Shown here one piece after another: positions 1 through 13,196 of a DNA stretch of 45,801 nucleotides; the stretch's first letter is position 1; every line of letters starts with the position of its first letter. This stretch comes from Octopus bimaculoides. Taxonomy: Eukaryota. Location of the stretch: assembly GCF_001194135.2 (NCBI RefSeq), contig NC_068986.1:90286945-90332745 (forward strand), written 5' to 3'. The notes beneath the pieces were generated by a model. It was not told where the DNA came from and did not search any database. It worked only from the letters and a program-made list of their open reading frames with translations. Position numbers and translations under genes: made by a program.

Positions 1-44
<44 letters not shown>

Positions 45-80
45 TATATACATATATGTTTATGTGTGTGTGTGTGTGTG
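1..80. repeat. (TA)n/(TG)n microsatellite
   Basis: Direct observation. Confidence 0.95.
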
Positions 81-2078
81 AAAGCCATTTTTTCCCTTCC
101 CATATATACACACTTATAGGTATATATATTCCGTCCTCCCCCATGCTAACAAGGTGAAAATGAAAGTTAACCACACGGTGGTGGTGGTGGTGATGATGAT
201 GTTGATAATGACTATGATGATGATGATGGTAATGTGTGTGTTTACGCACATAGATGCATGTTTGTGTGTATATGTGTGTGACTTTACATGTGTTACTATG
301 TAATTGGCATGCATTTACATGTACTTACAAATGTGGGTGCACATGCAGGCAAATTGAGATATGTATCTCAGGATATACCTGCATTTCAGCACACACTCAT
401 GCACACACATATATATGCACTTGCACACATACATATACATGTTTGTGTATAATAAAAAAAATTTTTTTTATTTTTCTTTGTTTTTTTTAAATTTTTATTT
501 AATTTTTTTTTTTTCCAGCATAAACTTTTCTCTGCTAATCCGAACCATTTACTGTATTCTTTGTTATGTATTGTTGTGTGAGGGAATGAATGAATACTCA
601 TGAACTGGATTCTTGGATTCTTCTTGGAATGATCGCTTTAAAAAAGATTTTCTCTAGAACCTTCTTTGATTGATGGATTAGCTTAGGTTAAGCTCTTCAT
701 CCATCATATTTCCATACTGTGACTTTCCATCAATTTCCTGATCTCATTGTAGGATCATTGTGTGTGTGTGTGTGTGTGTGAAGTTTTATATGCATATCTT
801 CCAAGACATTAACCAATGAACTCAAACAGTTTTTAACTGTATCTTCTCTCTACATTCTCTTCAACTCTTTGAATGACGATGCCAGAGTGAACCTGTGATT
901 TATTATTCTACTATTGACCATATAAACTCAGTAGTACTGAAATCTGGTGAATGAAAGGACTCAATCTGAGGGCTTGATGTCTGTTTGCCACTCACCAAAT
1001 CAATTTTGTTGCAATGTTGTCCTGGATAATTCCTTCACCACCGAGGAACAGTATCTGTCTCATAGGATGCAGTTGACTACTTAAAATCGACCAATAGTCA
1101 TTTGAAGGCAATTCTATTGTGTAACGTTAGTTTAGGGCTAGGAGAGTGCCAATGTTAATGCTGCTGAAATCACCATATTTTCCACACAATAACTCACAGT
1201 TGTGATTAGACTGTCAGGATTAAAGATTTGTTGCTGCATTCTCCAAATATAAACCTGATTAGAGTTTGGAGATAGTGTGGGGACAACAATTAATATTTTT
1301 TACATTCTGAGTTCAAATCCTGTTGAAAATATCAGTGAAGCACTGTGGTCAATGTAATGAACTTACTCTCCCAAATTTCAGGCCTTGTGCCTATGTTAGA
1401 ATAAATATCCTTCTTCTATTGATTTGTCATCTATCTTCTCTTGCTCATAACACCAATTTCTTTAACTTTCCACAATATTTCTCCCTTTTAGAAGTCTTGC
1501 AAGTAGCAACAGTACCAGAAAACTCAACTCTCTAAAGTTCTTCTTGGACTGTTTTGGTGGCAGTTCCATACAGTCCTGCAGTCAACTTTGTTGTATACTA
1601 GTACACTGTTTTAGTAATAGTCATTGTTAATGTCAACGTGCCCCAACTTCTGAGCTTCCTTTTTTTTTATTTGGAGTTGAAAGACAAAGCTCACTTTCAG
1701 CATTGTATCTCATGAAAAATCAATCAACATCTGGAAAAGGGAAACTGCTTCTACCTGTGACCCCTACAATATGGTCACATTGAAAATTCAACAAATCTTT
1801 TGTTAATGTAATTTCAAAATAATTGGTTTGAAAAATAGTGATAAGAATAATTAGTTATGTTAAATATATTGTATCAGAAACAATTATAAAATGTTTTGTA
1901 AGTTATTGAATATTATTATTAGTTTAATCAATCCTTGGACTCCGTTATACAAAAGAAAACCAAAATAGCCATTAGTGTTTCTATTATTCTGTCCCTACCT
2001 TCTATAAGTATATACACTTACATGTGTATTTGTGTTTATGTCTGTCACCCACCCATTCATCTCTCTCTCTCTCTCTCT

Positions 2079-2112
<34 letters not shown>

Positions 2113-4810
2113 ATGGTTAGTTGAAACCAGCACTGGTATCTACTCATAGTTTCCTTGTGTATTAGTCAAGCAATTCATAAGGTTGCTATGTTATAATAGA
2201 CTTTAGCCTTGTCAGCTACTTGTCAGCATTGTTTCGAAGTTTAATTTCGCCGCATCAACCTGATAATATGCATGGCACCAGATACACCAACAGCTAATGG
2301 TTTCAGCCAATTGAATCAAATTAATGCTTTGCTTTCTCTTTTCTTTTTCTTTTTTTTTTAATTACTGCTGGTAATGTGTGCATGCGTGTATGTTTTATGT
2401 GTTTACTGTGGTTACTGTAGCCACAGATGTTTTCTGTGGTCACCCTTCGCAAAAGCAAAAGGAATGGTGTTTGGAAGATGTGTAAGTTATTCTCACTAGG
2501 AGTCACTTGTAACAAATATTAATATACACCTAGGTCTCAGTGTTGGTCAGTTGATTAATAGTCCTCTCTCAAATATTTTTAAATGAATTTTCGAATGCCC
2601 CCCTCTCTATCTATCTATCTATCTATCTATCTCTCTATCTATATATATATATATAGATATGAGAGAGAGAGAGAAAGATTTAATTGTTTTGATATCTAGT
2701 TAAATCTGTGATGAGAATAATGAAGAATGTGGGATATTTCTGTGGGTAGATCCTACAAGTCTTTAGTTTCTATTTGCTTTTCTGTGGTTCAAAATGGAGT
2801 TTTTTCTTCATTCCGAATCTTTCTCCACTTCATTTTTTACCATTTCTAAATGAATTTTCAAAATATAATACCTTATTCTTTGGGGGTACATGTTATAACA
2901 GGGATTTTTGTTGAGGACCTTTGGTACTCAGTGTTCTATGAATGATGTATTGTGAAAATATCCTCTGTCTAAGCAGGATATGAAAGATTCCACTTTCTGT
3001 TTTGGACACCATTTTATATGATAAATATTTTTGTAACTTCTTGTTGTTTAGCACTAGCTCAGTCTTGGTTTTAGCAAACCTTTGATGAAGGGTTTCCAGT
3101 CACGACCACACTGTCATATTTCTAGGAATAGTGTGTCTTGGATTACATTATTCAGTTTTTAATATAGTTATATGATTGATTTGAGGGAGATCTTTGTTGC
3201 TATTTCTGGCAGGCTAATTGCTGGTTTATTTGAGTTGTAGTTTTCAGGTATGTCAGTCTAAGTCACTTCTACATTGAAATTTTTTATGTTTTGTTTCAAC
3301 AATGCATATAGTCTATGAGCAGTTAGCAAATGTAGATAGTGGACTGACGGTGATTAGAGATAGACTGTTTTGTGATATTTATTCTGACTCTCTGCATTCT
3401 GGGTTCAAATTCTACCAAAGTTTGCTTTACATCCTTTCAGGGTCAATAAAAATATAAGAGTATCAATCCATATAGGTGGATTGGCAGAACTTACAGAAAA
3501 CTGGACTTGATGTCTTGCAGTATTTGTTTGAATTCTTTATACTCTGAGTTCAAATCCATCCAAGATCAACTTAGCTTTTCATCTTTCCAGGATTAATAAA
3601 AAATAAAAAAAAGTAGCAATCCAAGGTGGTAGATTCATGGAATTGTAAGAACATTGGACTGGGTTCCTTGTGGTATTTGTTCTGGCTCTTTGCATTCTAA
3701 GTTCAAACCCTGCCATCATCTACTTGGGTGGGAGACTTAATCAGATGCTTTGGTTCAGCACTGCTACCTAGCACCTTGGGTGTATTTAGCAAAACCCACT
3801 TTCTAGCAAACATTTGGGCCAGGCATCTGCTTTGAGAATACCTTCCCTCCCATTAGTCTTGGAGATCCTGTAAAGAGTTATAAACACAGCTTTTCTTCCC
3901 GACTAAAAATATTTTTTTTAAATGTTCACAATGGTAAGGAAATTTACTGCTGTTCTGCTTTTGAGTTTCATACATGTCATACAATATTACATTTAAGGTT
4001 AGTAATTTATCATTTGTAAATGAGCTTATTTCTGGTGTTAGAGCGAATATATGTTGATTTTAGTGTACTAAAGAGTTTATTGACAAGTGTTTCACTCCAG
4101 TTGGCATATCATAATAGTGACTCCTACACTAAACTCAAAATTTCTAATTTTTGTTTTGAATCCATGCATATATATCCCTTGCTGTCACACTAGAATTAAT
4201 ACAATCGCAGTCAATGACAGAATGATCTTAGAGCAGAGTGGAATATGGTGACATATCCAGGAAGCAAGATCTATAAAGTATTGATGATAAGTATTTAATT
4301 ATCTCCATTAATAAGTTTGATACTGAAGACCTAAGATCTAACTGGAGCTATTTAGCAACCAATCAGCATCAAATGCAGAGCCAGTGAAAACAATCAGATT
4401 ATAATAATAGTTTCAGATTTTGGTACAAGGCCAGCAATTTCAGGGAAGGGGATAAGTTGATGACATTGACTGGCACTTATTATATCAAACCCGAAATGCT
4501 GAAAGGCAAATTTGACCTTGGTGGAATTTGAACTCAGAATGTTAAGACAGGTGATATGCTGTTAAGCATTTTGCCCTGTATGTTAACAATTTTGCCAGCT
4601 CACCACCTTAGCCTGATTTAGGCACAAGGCTAGCAATTTTGAGGAGAGTTAGTTGATACAAGTGACACCAGTACTTGGCTCATACTTTTCTTTATTGACC
4701 TTAGATGCATGAAAATCAGGGGTTTGAACACAAAATGCAATGAACCAAAACAAATTCTACAAAGTATTTCTAATGATAATTCAATGATTCTGCCAGCTCG
4801 TTGCCTTTAT

Positions 4811-5300
4811 AGTGAAAAGAAAAGTTGTATGATAATAGATGTAGTCTGCCTATTCGATACCATGAGATTAATAAACACTAGGATTTAACCCTTTTGTTAC
4901 TGTATTTATTTTGAGATGCTCTGTGTTTCTCTCAGTTACTTTAAATATAACAAAGAATTTAGTAAAATAACTTAGTTATCATTGAGCTAGTGCTAGGAAC
5001 ATAAATTGTGACTAAGGTTTGGTGGAAGGTTTTTATTCAAAAATTATGAAAACAAGACATTTGTACTCAGAGCCAGAGCTGGTTTCAGCTGGGTTAGTAA
5101 CAAAAAGGTTAAAGTGAGAAGTAAAAAGACTCTGGAACCTCAAGGGGATAATGACAATTCCTGTCATAATAGGATCATTAGGTACGGTGTCTGAAAATAT
5201 CGCCAAGTGGTTTTCCATAATCAGTGGGATGAATAACTTTGTAACGATACAAAAAGCATGTCTCCTTGGTACAGTTAGAATCTATGCATTATATATCTGA
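4811..5300 (+). mobile_element. HERO-like LINE endonuclease C-terminus, interrupted by a MITE
   Basis: KKSCMIIDVVCLFDT before the MITE; EVKRLWNLKGIMTIPVIIGSLGTVSENIAKWF..IQKACLLGTVRI* (5118-5300) after it. Confidence 0.75.
4889..5108. mobile_element. piggyBac-type MITE (TTAA TSD)
   Basis: TTAA|CCCTTTTGTTAC ... GTAACAAAAAGG|TTAA with TTAA at 4885-4888 and 5109-5112; 220 bp, non-coding. Confidence 0.8.
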
Positions 5301-6443
5301 AAACAAGGGTAGTTTCTTGATGCTCAGAAAACAAAATGGGTAATATCACTAATACCACAGCTATGCAATTGCAGAATAATAATGATAATGGTGATGATTG
5401 TCATCATCATTTTAGCATCCACTTTTCCATGCTTGCATGGGTCAGATAGAATTGGTTGAGGTACATTTCCATGACTGGATGCCTTTCCTGTTTCCAAGCT
5501 AGGTGATATTTCCTCGTGGTCAGACATGTTTTCACAGCAAAAATGGAATAATATTCATTTATAATTATCATGTGAGGTCATGACAAAGAAACACAAACAC
5601 ACTCACACACTTATATATACATACATATACATATATGACAGGTTTTTTTTTTTCAGTTTCCATCTCCCAAATTCACTCATAGGGCTTTAGTTAGCCTTGG
5701 GTGATTTGAGAAGACACTTATCCAGGTACCATTTAGTGGGATTGAACCCAGAACCATGTAGTTCGGAAGTAAACTTCTTAACCACATAGCTCTGCTGCTG
5801 ATGATAATGATTTCTAAGGGTAACAGATGAGGAATATTGCAAAGTCAAATTACCAAAAAGTTGGGACTTTAGCAGAATTGATTATGACCCTCACTCACCC
5901 TCCCCCAATACATTGGAAAAATAAAAGTATAGAAAGGGTGAAAGCAGATGTCTCAGAAGGCAGCTACTTAGGGTCAATCAAGGACACCCCTTTCCCCAAT
6001 CCCAGTTTTACCTTAATTATCAAAAGCAAGTACTCTCTCCTGGCTGTGTGTTTATGGCCTACAGGTGCAAACTGAGAGCAAGCTTATTTACCTAAGCCAT
6101 TCTTACCATATCCCCCATCTTTCAGCAACTTCACTGGAGGGTAGCTTCTCCTTCTCTACTCTCCTCTCCAATTGGAAGTTGAAGAACTTGATGAGGGATT
6201 GGTTAAAAAGGTAAGTCGTCTGCGGCCTCTTGTACTTTTAATCTTGTCCACCATACAATATTATTCTTCATAGCTATGGGTCAGAGGAAAACTGATTTTC
6301 TTTCCTGTCCAAAGCACAGTGCCATAAATTTGAGGTGGGTGGGTGAATTTGACTTTAACAACTCTGGTATTTAACTGTTTCTTATTTATCAACTCCTGAT
6401 GGATGAAAAGCAAAGATGGTCTCAGTAGGAAATAGTAGTAATA

Positions 6444-6680
6444 ATGTGGATGCCAAAGAAATTGGAAAAAATTAAAGAAATATCAGCACACAGTCAGAAA
6501 GATGAAGAGATTGTGGAAGACTAAGATGACAGTTATTTCTGTGGTAATTTGTGCTCTTGGTGCAACACTCAAACTGCTATCTAAGATCTTGAAGGATACA
6601 GGAAACGATATTCTCATTGTCAACCTGCAGAAAAGGGCAATCCTCTGTTCTGAGATCTGAGGAAACATGTTGTCACCTAA
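6444..6680 (+). mobile_element. Second HERO-like LINE endonuclease C-terminal remnant
   Basis: KYQHTVRKMKRLWKTKMTVISVVICALGATLKLLSKILKDTG..VNLQKRAIL, matching the KY..L..E.KRLW..V.PVVIGALG..LQK motif. Confidence 0.7.
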
Positions 6681-9600
6681 TCTCAAGACAACATCCCTAC
6701 TGATTAATTTAGCCTGACAAAGTCAACTTTAGCAGAATTTGAACTTGAAACATAAAGATGGATGAAATGGTGCTAAGCATTTTGTTTGATGTGTTAACAA
6801 TTCTCCCAGCTTGTTGTCTTTCTACTAACATTGAGAAGAGGTGACAAACTTTTATTTTCTTTTCATTGTTTCTTTATAAGTTTTAATTGCTAAGATTACA
6901 ATTAAGGGCAGGGGCTGATGAGTGCTGTAGTGCATTGGAAAATTCTTGGCTAAGTTGAGCCTACGAATCCATTTTCAAATCCCAGCTGCTATTTCATTTC
7001 ATTTCACTGATAACACAAATTCTCTTAGAAATTTCACAATCTTTCTGCCTTGTAGCATCTCAGTTCCAATATCTTATTAGGAAACAGTAACACTATTTTA
7101 CAGGTCTTTAGACTGTGCCTTGGAATCACTAGGTGAATTATCATTTTGAATATGAGAGTATTGAACAATATATACCTTATGGTATTTCTTCTCTGTCTTT
7201 TATGTTCTGAGTTCAAATCACATTGAGGTCAACTATGCTTTTCAAATGTTTTTATAAAATAATGTACCAGTCAAATGCTAGGGTTGTTATAATTGGCTAA
7301 ACTTTCCCTCAAAATTGCTGGCCTACTCTCTAATTTAAAAGCATCCATTATTAATGGACAGGAAGGCAGTGAGCTGGCTGAATCATTAGCACTGAGTGGC
7401 ATTTTGTGCATCTTTATGTTTTGAGTTCAAATTTTGTTGTGGCCAACTTTACCTTTCATCCTTTGAGATTAATAAAATAAATATCCGTTGAGCACTGGGG
7501 TTAATGTAATCAACTTACCACCTCCCCCAAAATTGCTGGCCTTGTGCCAAAATTTGAAACCATTACTAATGGGCAATGGATTGGTAGATTCATTAGAACA
7601 TTAGACAAAAATGTGTTGTGACATTTTTTTCTGACTTTTTGTTTTGAGTTCAAACCCTCACAAGGTCAACTTTTCTTTTCATCTCTCTGGGGTTAATTAT
7701 GTCTTTCTATTAAAATTCTGAGGTTGATTTTTTTTTTTTTTTTGCTTTCCATTTTTCTGTAGTTTATTAAAATAAAATACCAGTCATATACTAGGGGTTG
7801 GTATGTAAACTACACTTCCTCTTCCAAAATGTGTGGCCTTGTTCCTATTACCAACACAAGATGGTGATTGAATGGCCCAAATTAGTATACTATCACACAA
7901 AATGCCTTGATGTATTTAATTACATTGCTGTAAGTTCTTAATTCAACCCCTGCTATAGTTGACTTCATGTCCATCTAAGTAGGTTGCAGACAATAAAATT
8001 ATTATCAATCACATACTTAGATTGATATAATCAACTGTTTCCTTCTCTAGAAGTTCTGTAGAATTGGTAAATACACAGCTTTACAATAATTACTCTCCCA
8101 CCTCCTCCTCACTTTCCTAATTTTAACTCCAATAGGGTTGGTTTTGCAGACCATCCCATCAACGTAAGGTAGTTAGGCCCTTGGCATATATTGGTAGGGG
8201 CAGAGTCAATCCACTCTAGCTGTTTGCTACAAATCTATGGTATTGTGCCAAAATTAGAAACCCTTGTTGTTAATGTTGAAAAACTGCTTAATGGTATTTC
8301 TTCTGGTTTTTTGCATTCTGAGTTCAAATCTCACTAAGGTTAATTTACTTTTTATCCCTCCAGAATTGATAAAATGCATCTCCTCAAAACTGCTGGCCTT
8401 GTGCCTTAATCAGAAACCATAATAATAATAATAATCTTTTCAACAATAGGTACAAGGCCTGAAATTTTATGGGAGAAGACGAGTTGATATCATCGACCCC
8501 AGTGGTACTTAATTTATCGACTCTGAAAGGATGAAAGGTAAAGTTGACCTCAGCAAAATTTGAACTCAGAACGTGAAAACAGATAAAATACCAATAAGCT
8601 TTTTGCCCGGCATGCTAACGATTCTGCCAGCTCACTGCCTTAATAATAATAAGAATAAAAGTGTTGGATTGTTGTTGTTGAACCATGAGAGTGTCAGACA
8701 AAGTACTTAGCAGTATATAGTTACAGCCTTTTGCCTTTTTAAGTTCAAATTCTGTCAAAATCAACTTTACCTATCATCCAGCTAGAGTCGCTAAAATAAA
8801 ATACTTGTTAGATCCCAGGTTCAATGTAATGACTAACCCCCTTCACACATAATTGAAAAATAAAAATTGTGGCCTTGCATTTGTTGCAAATTATAAATTA
8901 TTATTCCGATGTTAAAAATTATTAGTAAATGGACAGAATTATCAGTGGCTTATATTTTGGCACTTTACATTCTGAGTTCAAATCCCACTATCTCACTAAG
9001 GTCAACTTCGCTTTTCATCTCTATGGAGTTGATAAAATACCAGTCAAGTACTGCCCTCAAAATTGCTGCTCTTGTTCCTTAATTAGAAATCATTATTATT
9101 GTTGCTGTTGTTGTTGTTATTGAAATAGAATCAATAGAGCAGTGGACAATATACTTCATGGAATTTAGTTACGTCTCATGTATTCTGAGTTCTAATCTTG
9201 CTGAAGTTAACTTTGTCTTTCTTCCTACCAGAGTCAATAAATTAAAGTACCAGTCAAAAACTGGGGCCTGATCTAATTGACTGTATGGTTAGTTTACACT
9301 ATTCCATAAGGAGCGTAGGGCCAGTTTCTCTGGCATATATATTCCTTCCTAGATAGGACACTGGTCCGTTGGAAGATTGCTAATTTTTACCAGCTGAGTG
9401 GACTGGAGTGACATTAAAGTGTTTTTCTCAAGAAAACAACACATTGCCCTGTCCAGGAATCAAAACCACACTCTTATGATCATGAATCCAACACCCTAAC
9501 CATGTGCCACCACTAATTGACCATATGGTCTCTTGAAATTTGTGGCTTGTGCCTATGTTGATGGTTTAAACATGAGTTCGGCATGGTCTTGGGGTTCACT

Positions 9601-10400
9601 CACATACATTATATGGCTTTGGTCAGTTGAGTGCTATATTAGAAGACACTTCTTGCTCAAGGTACTGTGCAATTATATATGTGGCTGGAAAGTCAATGTA
9701 TATAATACAGTGTAAGGCAGTTCATAGTTAACAAAATAATACAAGTGTAAGAAGAATGTTAAATAGTAAACATGCATAGAAGTATTCAAGTTTAACAATG
9801 TTCACATTTTAATGACATTGTTCAAGATTAAAATAATATGTTGATATTGAATTCAACTTAAATTGGAAGTCAACAAACAAAGTTTGCTTTAGAAGCATTG
9901 AGATGTATTGAAAGATACAGATAAGGAAATAATTTTATTCTCAAACGCAGGAGTATGCTAATAATATAGCATGAACAGGATAATATGTTGATGGTTACCA
10001 AATGATGTGTGAGAACACTAATAATGTTTACAAATCCTAGTATTACTATGTTCTAGAACGTGCCTACATCTATCATACCTGTGAGATCATCGATGTCTAC
10101 AGAAATAGTTGTATACTGTTCCAGTTGTGTTAATTATAAATAGGATGATAGAAATATTTCTTAATTGTCATTATATATTTAAATTCAACAACAATATGGG
10201 GTGGTTGAAGGTGCATGACTTAATGGTTAGGGTGTTGCACATATGATTACAAGATTATGGTTTTGATTCCATCTAGTTGAAATAGGTATCATTGAGTAGG
10301 AACGACTCTTCAATGTAAGTAGCATAGAATTAACCAAATATTTTGTATGTGTATTTGGTGTGCAAGATTCTTGATGTGGATACGTGTGTTGAAAGAAATA

Positions 10401-10624
10401 CAATTAAACCTTGGGAGAGGCATTATGCCAGTAATAAACACACGCACTGGTTCAGTCCTTTATTAATTTATAAACAGTATATAGTTTATTAATTTAGTCC
10501 TTTCAGTCCTTTATTAATTTATAAACAGTATTTAGAAAAACTACATACTATTTATAAATTAATAAAGGACTGAACCAGTGCGTGTGTTTATTACCGGCAT
10601 AATGCCTCTCCCAAGGTTTAATTG
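10401..10624. mobile_element. Foldback MITE with about 80-bp TIRs and TA TSD (Tc1/mariner type)
   Basis: TA|CAATTAAACCTTGGGAGAGG...CCTCTCCCAAGGTTTAATTG|TA. Arms 10397-10480 and 10545-10628 are complementary with 2 mismatches. Confidence 0.75.
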
Positions 10625-12971
10625 TATTAGCCAAATAGTTTGTCAGCTTGCCATACTGTGTTCAATTCCTTGCAAGAGTTTGGTGATGTTGTTCTAGTAT
10701 TCAATTACAGTCCCCAACCAGATTGTCCCTAATCATCCAGGTTCTGGTTCTGATTAAAAACCCCGTGTAATGGTTGAAGTGTTTGAACAGTAGTACATTA
10801 CACATTAAATTCTTTATGCACAGGTGAACATTTTCATTGTTCTCTTAATGTAATCATATTTGCATTTATTTTTTTTTTAAATCAATTTTTCAGAATGTGG
10901 GGGAAGTGTCACATTTGTGACCCTCACAGGGCCTTTGAAACTGTTCAAGAAAGGGAGGAGAAACCACAGCATATCAGCTATAGCCCAGTCAATGTATATT
11001 CATAGGATACCTCATACAGTTTCTATCTACCCAATTTTGCTCACACAAGGTTTGAATCAACTTGTGACTATAATTGAAAACACTTTCCCAAAATGGAATC
11101 AAATCTAGAATTATGTGATTGTTAAGTGAACTTAACTGCATGACCATGTGTATAAGAGAATTGTGTATTTACATGCCACTTTAGTAGGGACCTGTGTTTG
11201 CAATAAATTGTGTATATATGCATCATGAACATACATGCAACATATTTACAAAAATGTTAATATTTGTTTTTGAATGGTTCCCAAGAGATCACATTTGTTT
11301 TTTGTCATATAAATAACCAGATTTGGTGTTATATAAGCAATGGTGTGGGTTCAAAATTAAACAGTAGTATGTCAGTTTATAACCCCATGACCTCTGACAA
11401 AGTTGTTAACAAACTTGTTCTTTTAAAACAAGGGGTTCTTTATATTATGCAATTGTATTTCATCTCTACATGCCCATATAGTTTTCAGTGTGTATGAATT
11501 ATATGTACAAATTCCAAAGTGATCTTTAAAATGCAATTTAGGTTTAATCAATTTATTAACTATATTTCTGTTGTATTGTTGAAACATGTTGCCTTTGTTT
11601 CTATTAGTTTTGAAAATAATGAAAATTTTAGTAAGATAACTGTCATTATTTAATTGGTGTTTGGAACACAAACACAAAATTTAAATGAAAAGTTTTAATC
11701 TAGATTACCTTAAAACAAGAAGTTTGTATCACAGAATCAGGAGTAGTTTCAGGCAGATTGGTGTCATAAAGGTTAAAGGTAATGGCATGCTACAATCAAC
11801 ATCCTGCAAGACTAAATAACTTCTTTTAGTATTTAGTTATGTTTCTCTCAATTTTAATTTCAAATCCCACTGGTTTTCAATTTAGAAAGTACTCACCATT
11901 TACTAAGGTTTATTCAATTCAGCTACACATCTGTGTTTTTGTTCTAGGCATCTAACAAGAAGTATAACTCTGTAGTATGGTTTCTGTCCTCAACTGAAGC
12001 CATTTCACTCATAATGCTAATGTCCGTCAAGGAAGTTTGAATATTAGGATACACAATTTTCTATCCCTCCTAAGACTTGTCAAGTGTTTACACCAAGAAA
12101 AAAAAAACCAATATTTTCAGGATGACATGCGTTCAATTATTTGGTGTTTACCTTATAAATTTAGGAAAATGATCACGTAATGATTTTCCTTTATACAAAC
12201 TCTTAATGTTTTTATGACTGAATGAAATTGTAATGAAATTCATTGCCTTTGAATTTCAATAAATTTTGAAAATAATCAAGAATTTGGAAGAATTTAGTAA
12301 GGGAATTTCATTATTAAACTGCAGTTTAGCATTGGCAGAATCATTAGAACAACAGGCAAAATGCTTTGTGATTTTTGTTCTGGCTATTTTTTGTTTTTCT
12401 ATACATTCTGAGTTCAAATCTTGTGAACAACTTTGCCTCCTATCCTCTTGGAGTTAATAAAATGAAGTACCAGTTAAGTACTGGAGTCAATTTTATTGTC
12501 TAATTTCCTTTCCCCAAATTTCAGGTCTTATGCTTAATATTAGAAATAATGATTCAACTGATATTTTAAAAAAGCAATTTAAAGGGTTTTGCATAAACCT
12601 GATTGAAGATTTTTAACTCAAACTTGACAATTTTAAGCAGGCAATTTTTTTTTTATCAAAGAACTAGAGGTGATTTCATGTGGTTTGGGAATATTGGAAT
12701 TAATCTGACATTTTCTACAAGTTTTAAAATATGAAAATATATTTATATTCTACAAATTATTTTTGTTTTTTACAGTTCATGGTTAAAGCCTGTGAATGCA
12801 TTATTAGAAGGGAATTTCAAATTTCATGATCTATTATTTATTCAATCTTAATAGTAAGATTGGTAGTTTACTTCACAGTATTTCGTTATGTCCTTAAGTT
12901 TTGGATTAAAAACCTGCTGAGGTTAACATTGCCTTTCATTCTTTCAGAGTTAATAAACTTAGACACCAGTC

Positions 12972-13196
12972 ATTGATTAAACCACATATGAAAATGTGTC
13001 ACCTTGTACCAAGTTAAGATATCAGTATTTATCAAATCTATTCTGGATCAATTGATTAAACCACATATGAAAATGTGTCACCTTGTATTAAGTTAAGATA
13101 TCAATANNNNNNNNNNATTGATTAAACCACATATGAAAATGTGTCACCTTGTATTAAGTTAAGATATCAATATTTATCAAATCTATTCTGGATCAA
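12972..13196 (+). repeat. 79-bp tandem repeat (about 3 units, spanning a 10-N gap)
   Basis: The unit ATTGATTAAACCACATATGAAAATGTGTCACC...CTGGATCA starts at 12972, 13051 and 13117. Confidence 0.85.

Larger units (their letters stand above)
3300..9300. repeat. Dense cluster of old, CpG-decayed SINE copies (TTCTGAGTTCAAAT family and relatives)
   Basis: Recurrent B-box-like CTGAGTTCAAAT..GTCAACTT..CTTTCATCC and TGGCCTTGTGCC motifs. Mostly + strand, with minus copies near 4410-4810, 6700-6810 and 8440-8605. Boundaries approximate. Confidence 0.75.

Noticed and set aside
114-603. ORF-track peptides rich in YI/CV/HT (also near 15.0-15.4, 28.0-28.5, 30.6-30.9 and 41.5-41.9 kb)
   Set aside because: These are translations of (TA)n/(TG)n/(CA)n microsatellites, which lack stops in some frames.
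10079-10096. Micro-exon candidates on the minus strand (10079-10096, 3842-3867, 14114-14155)
   Set aside because: Short AG...GT windows occur often by chance in AT-rich DNA, and they do not chain into a coherent ORF.
12972-13196. CRISPR-like array
   Set aside because: The units are full tandem repeats with no unique spacers, in a eukaryotic context.
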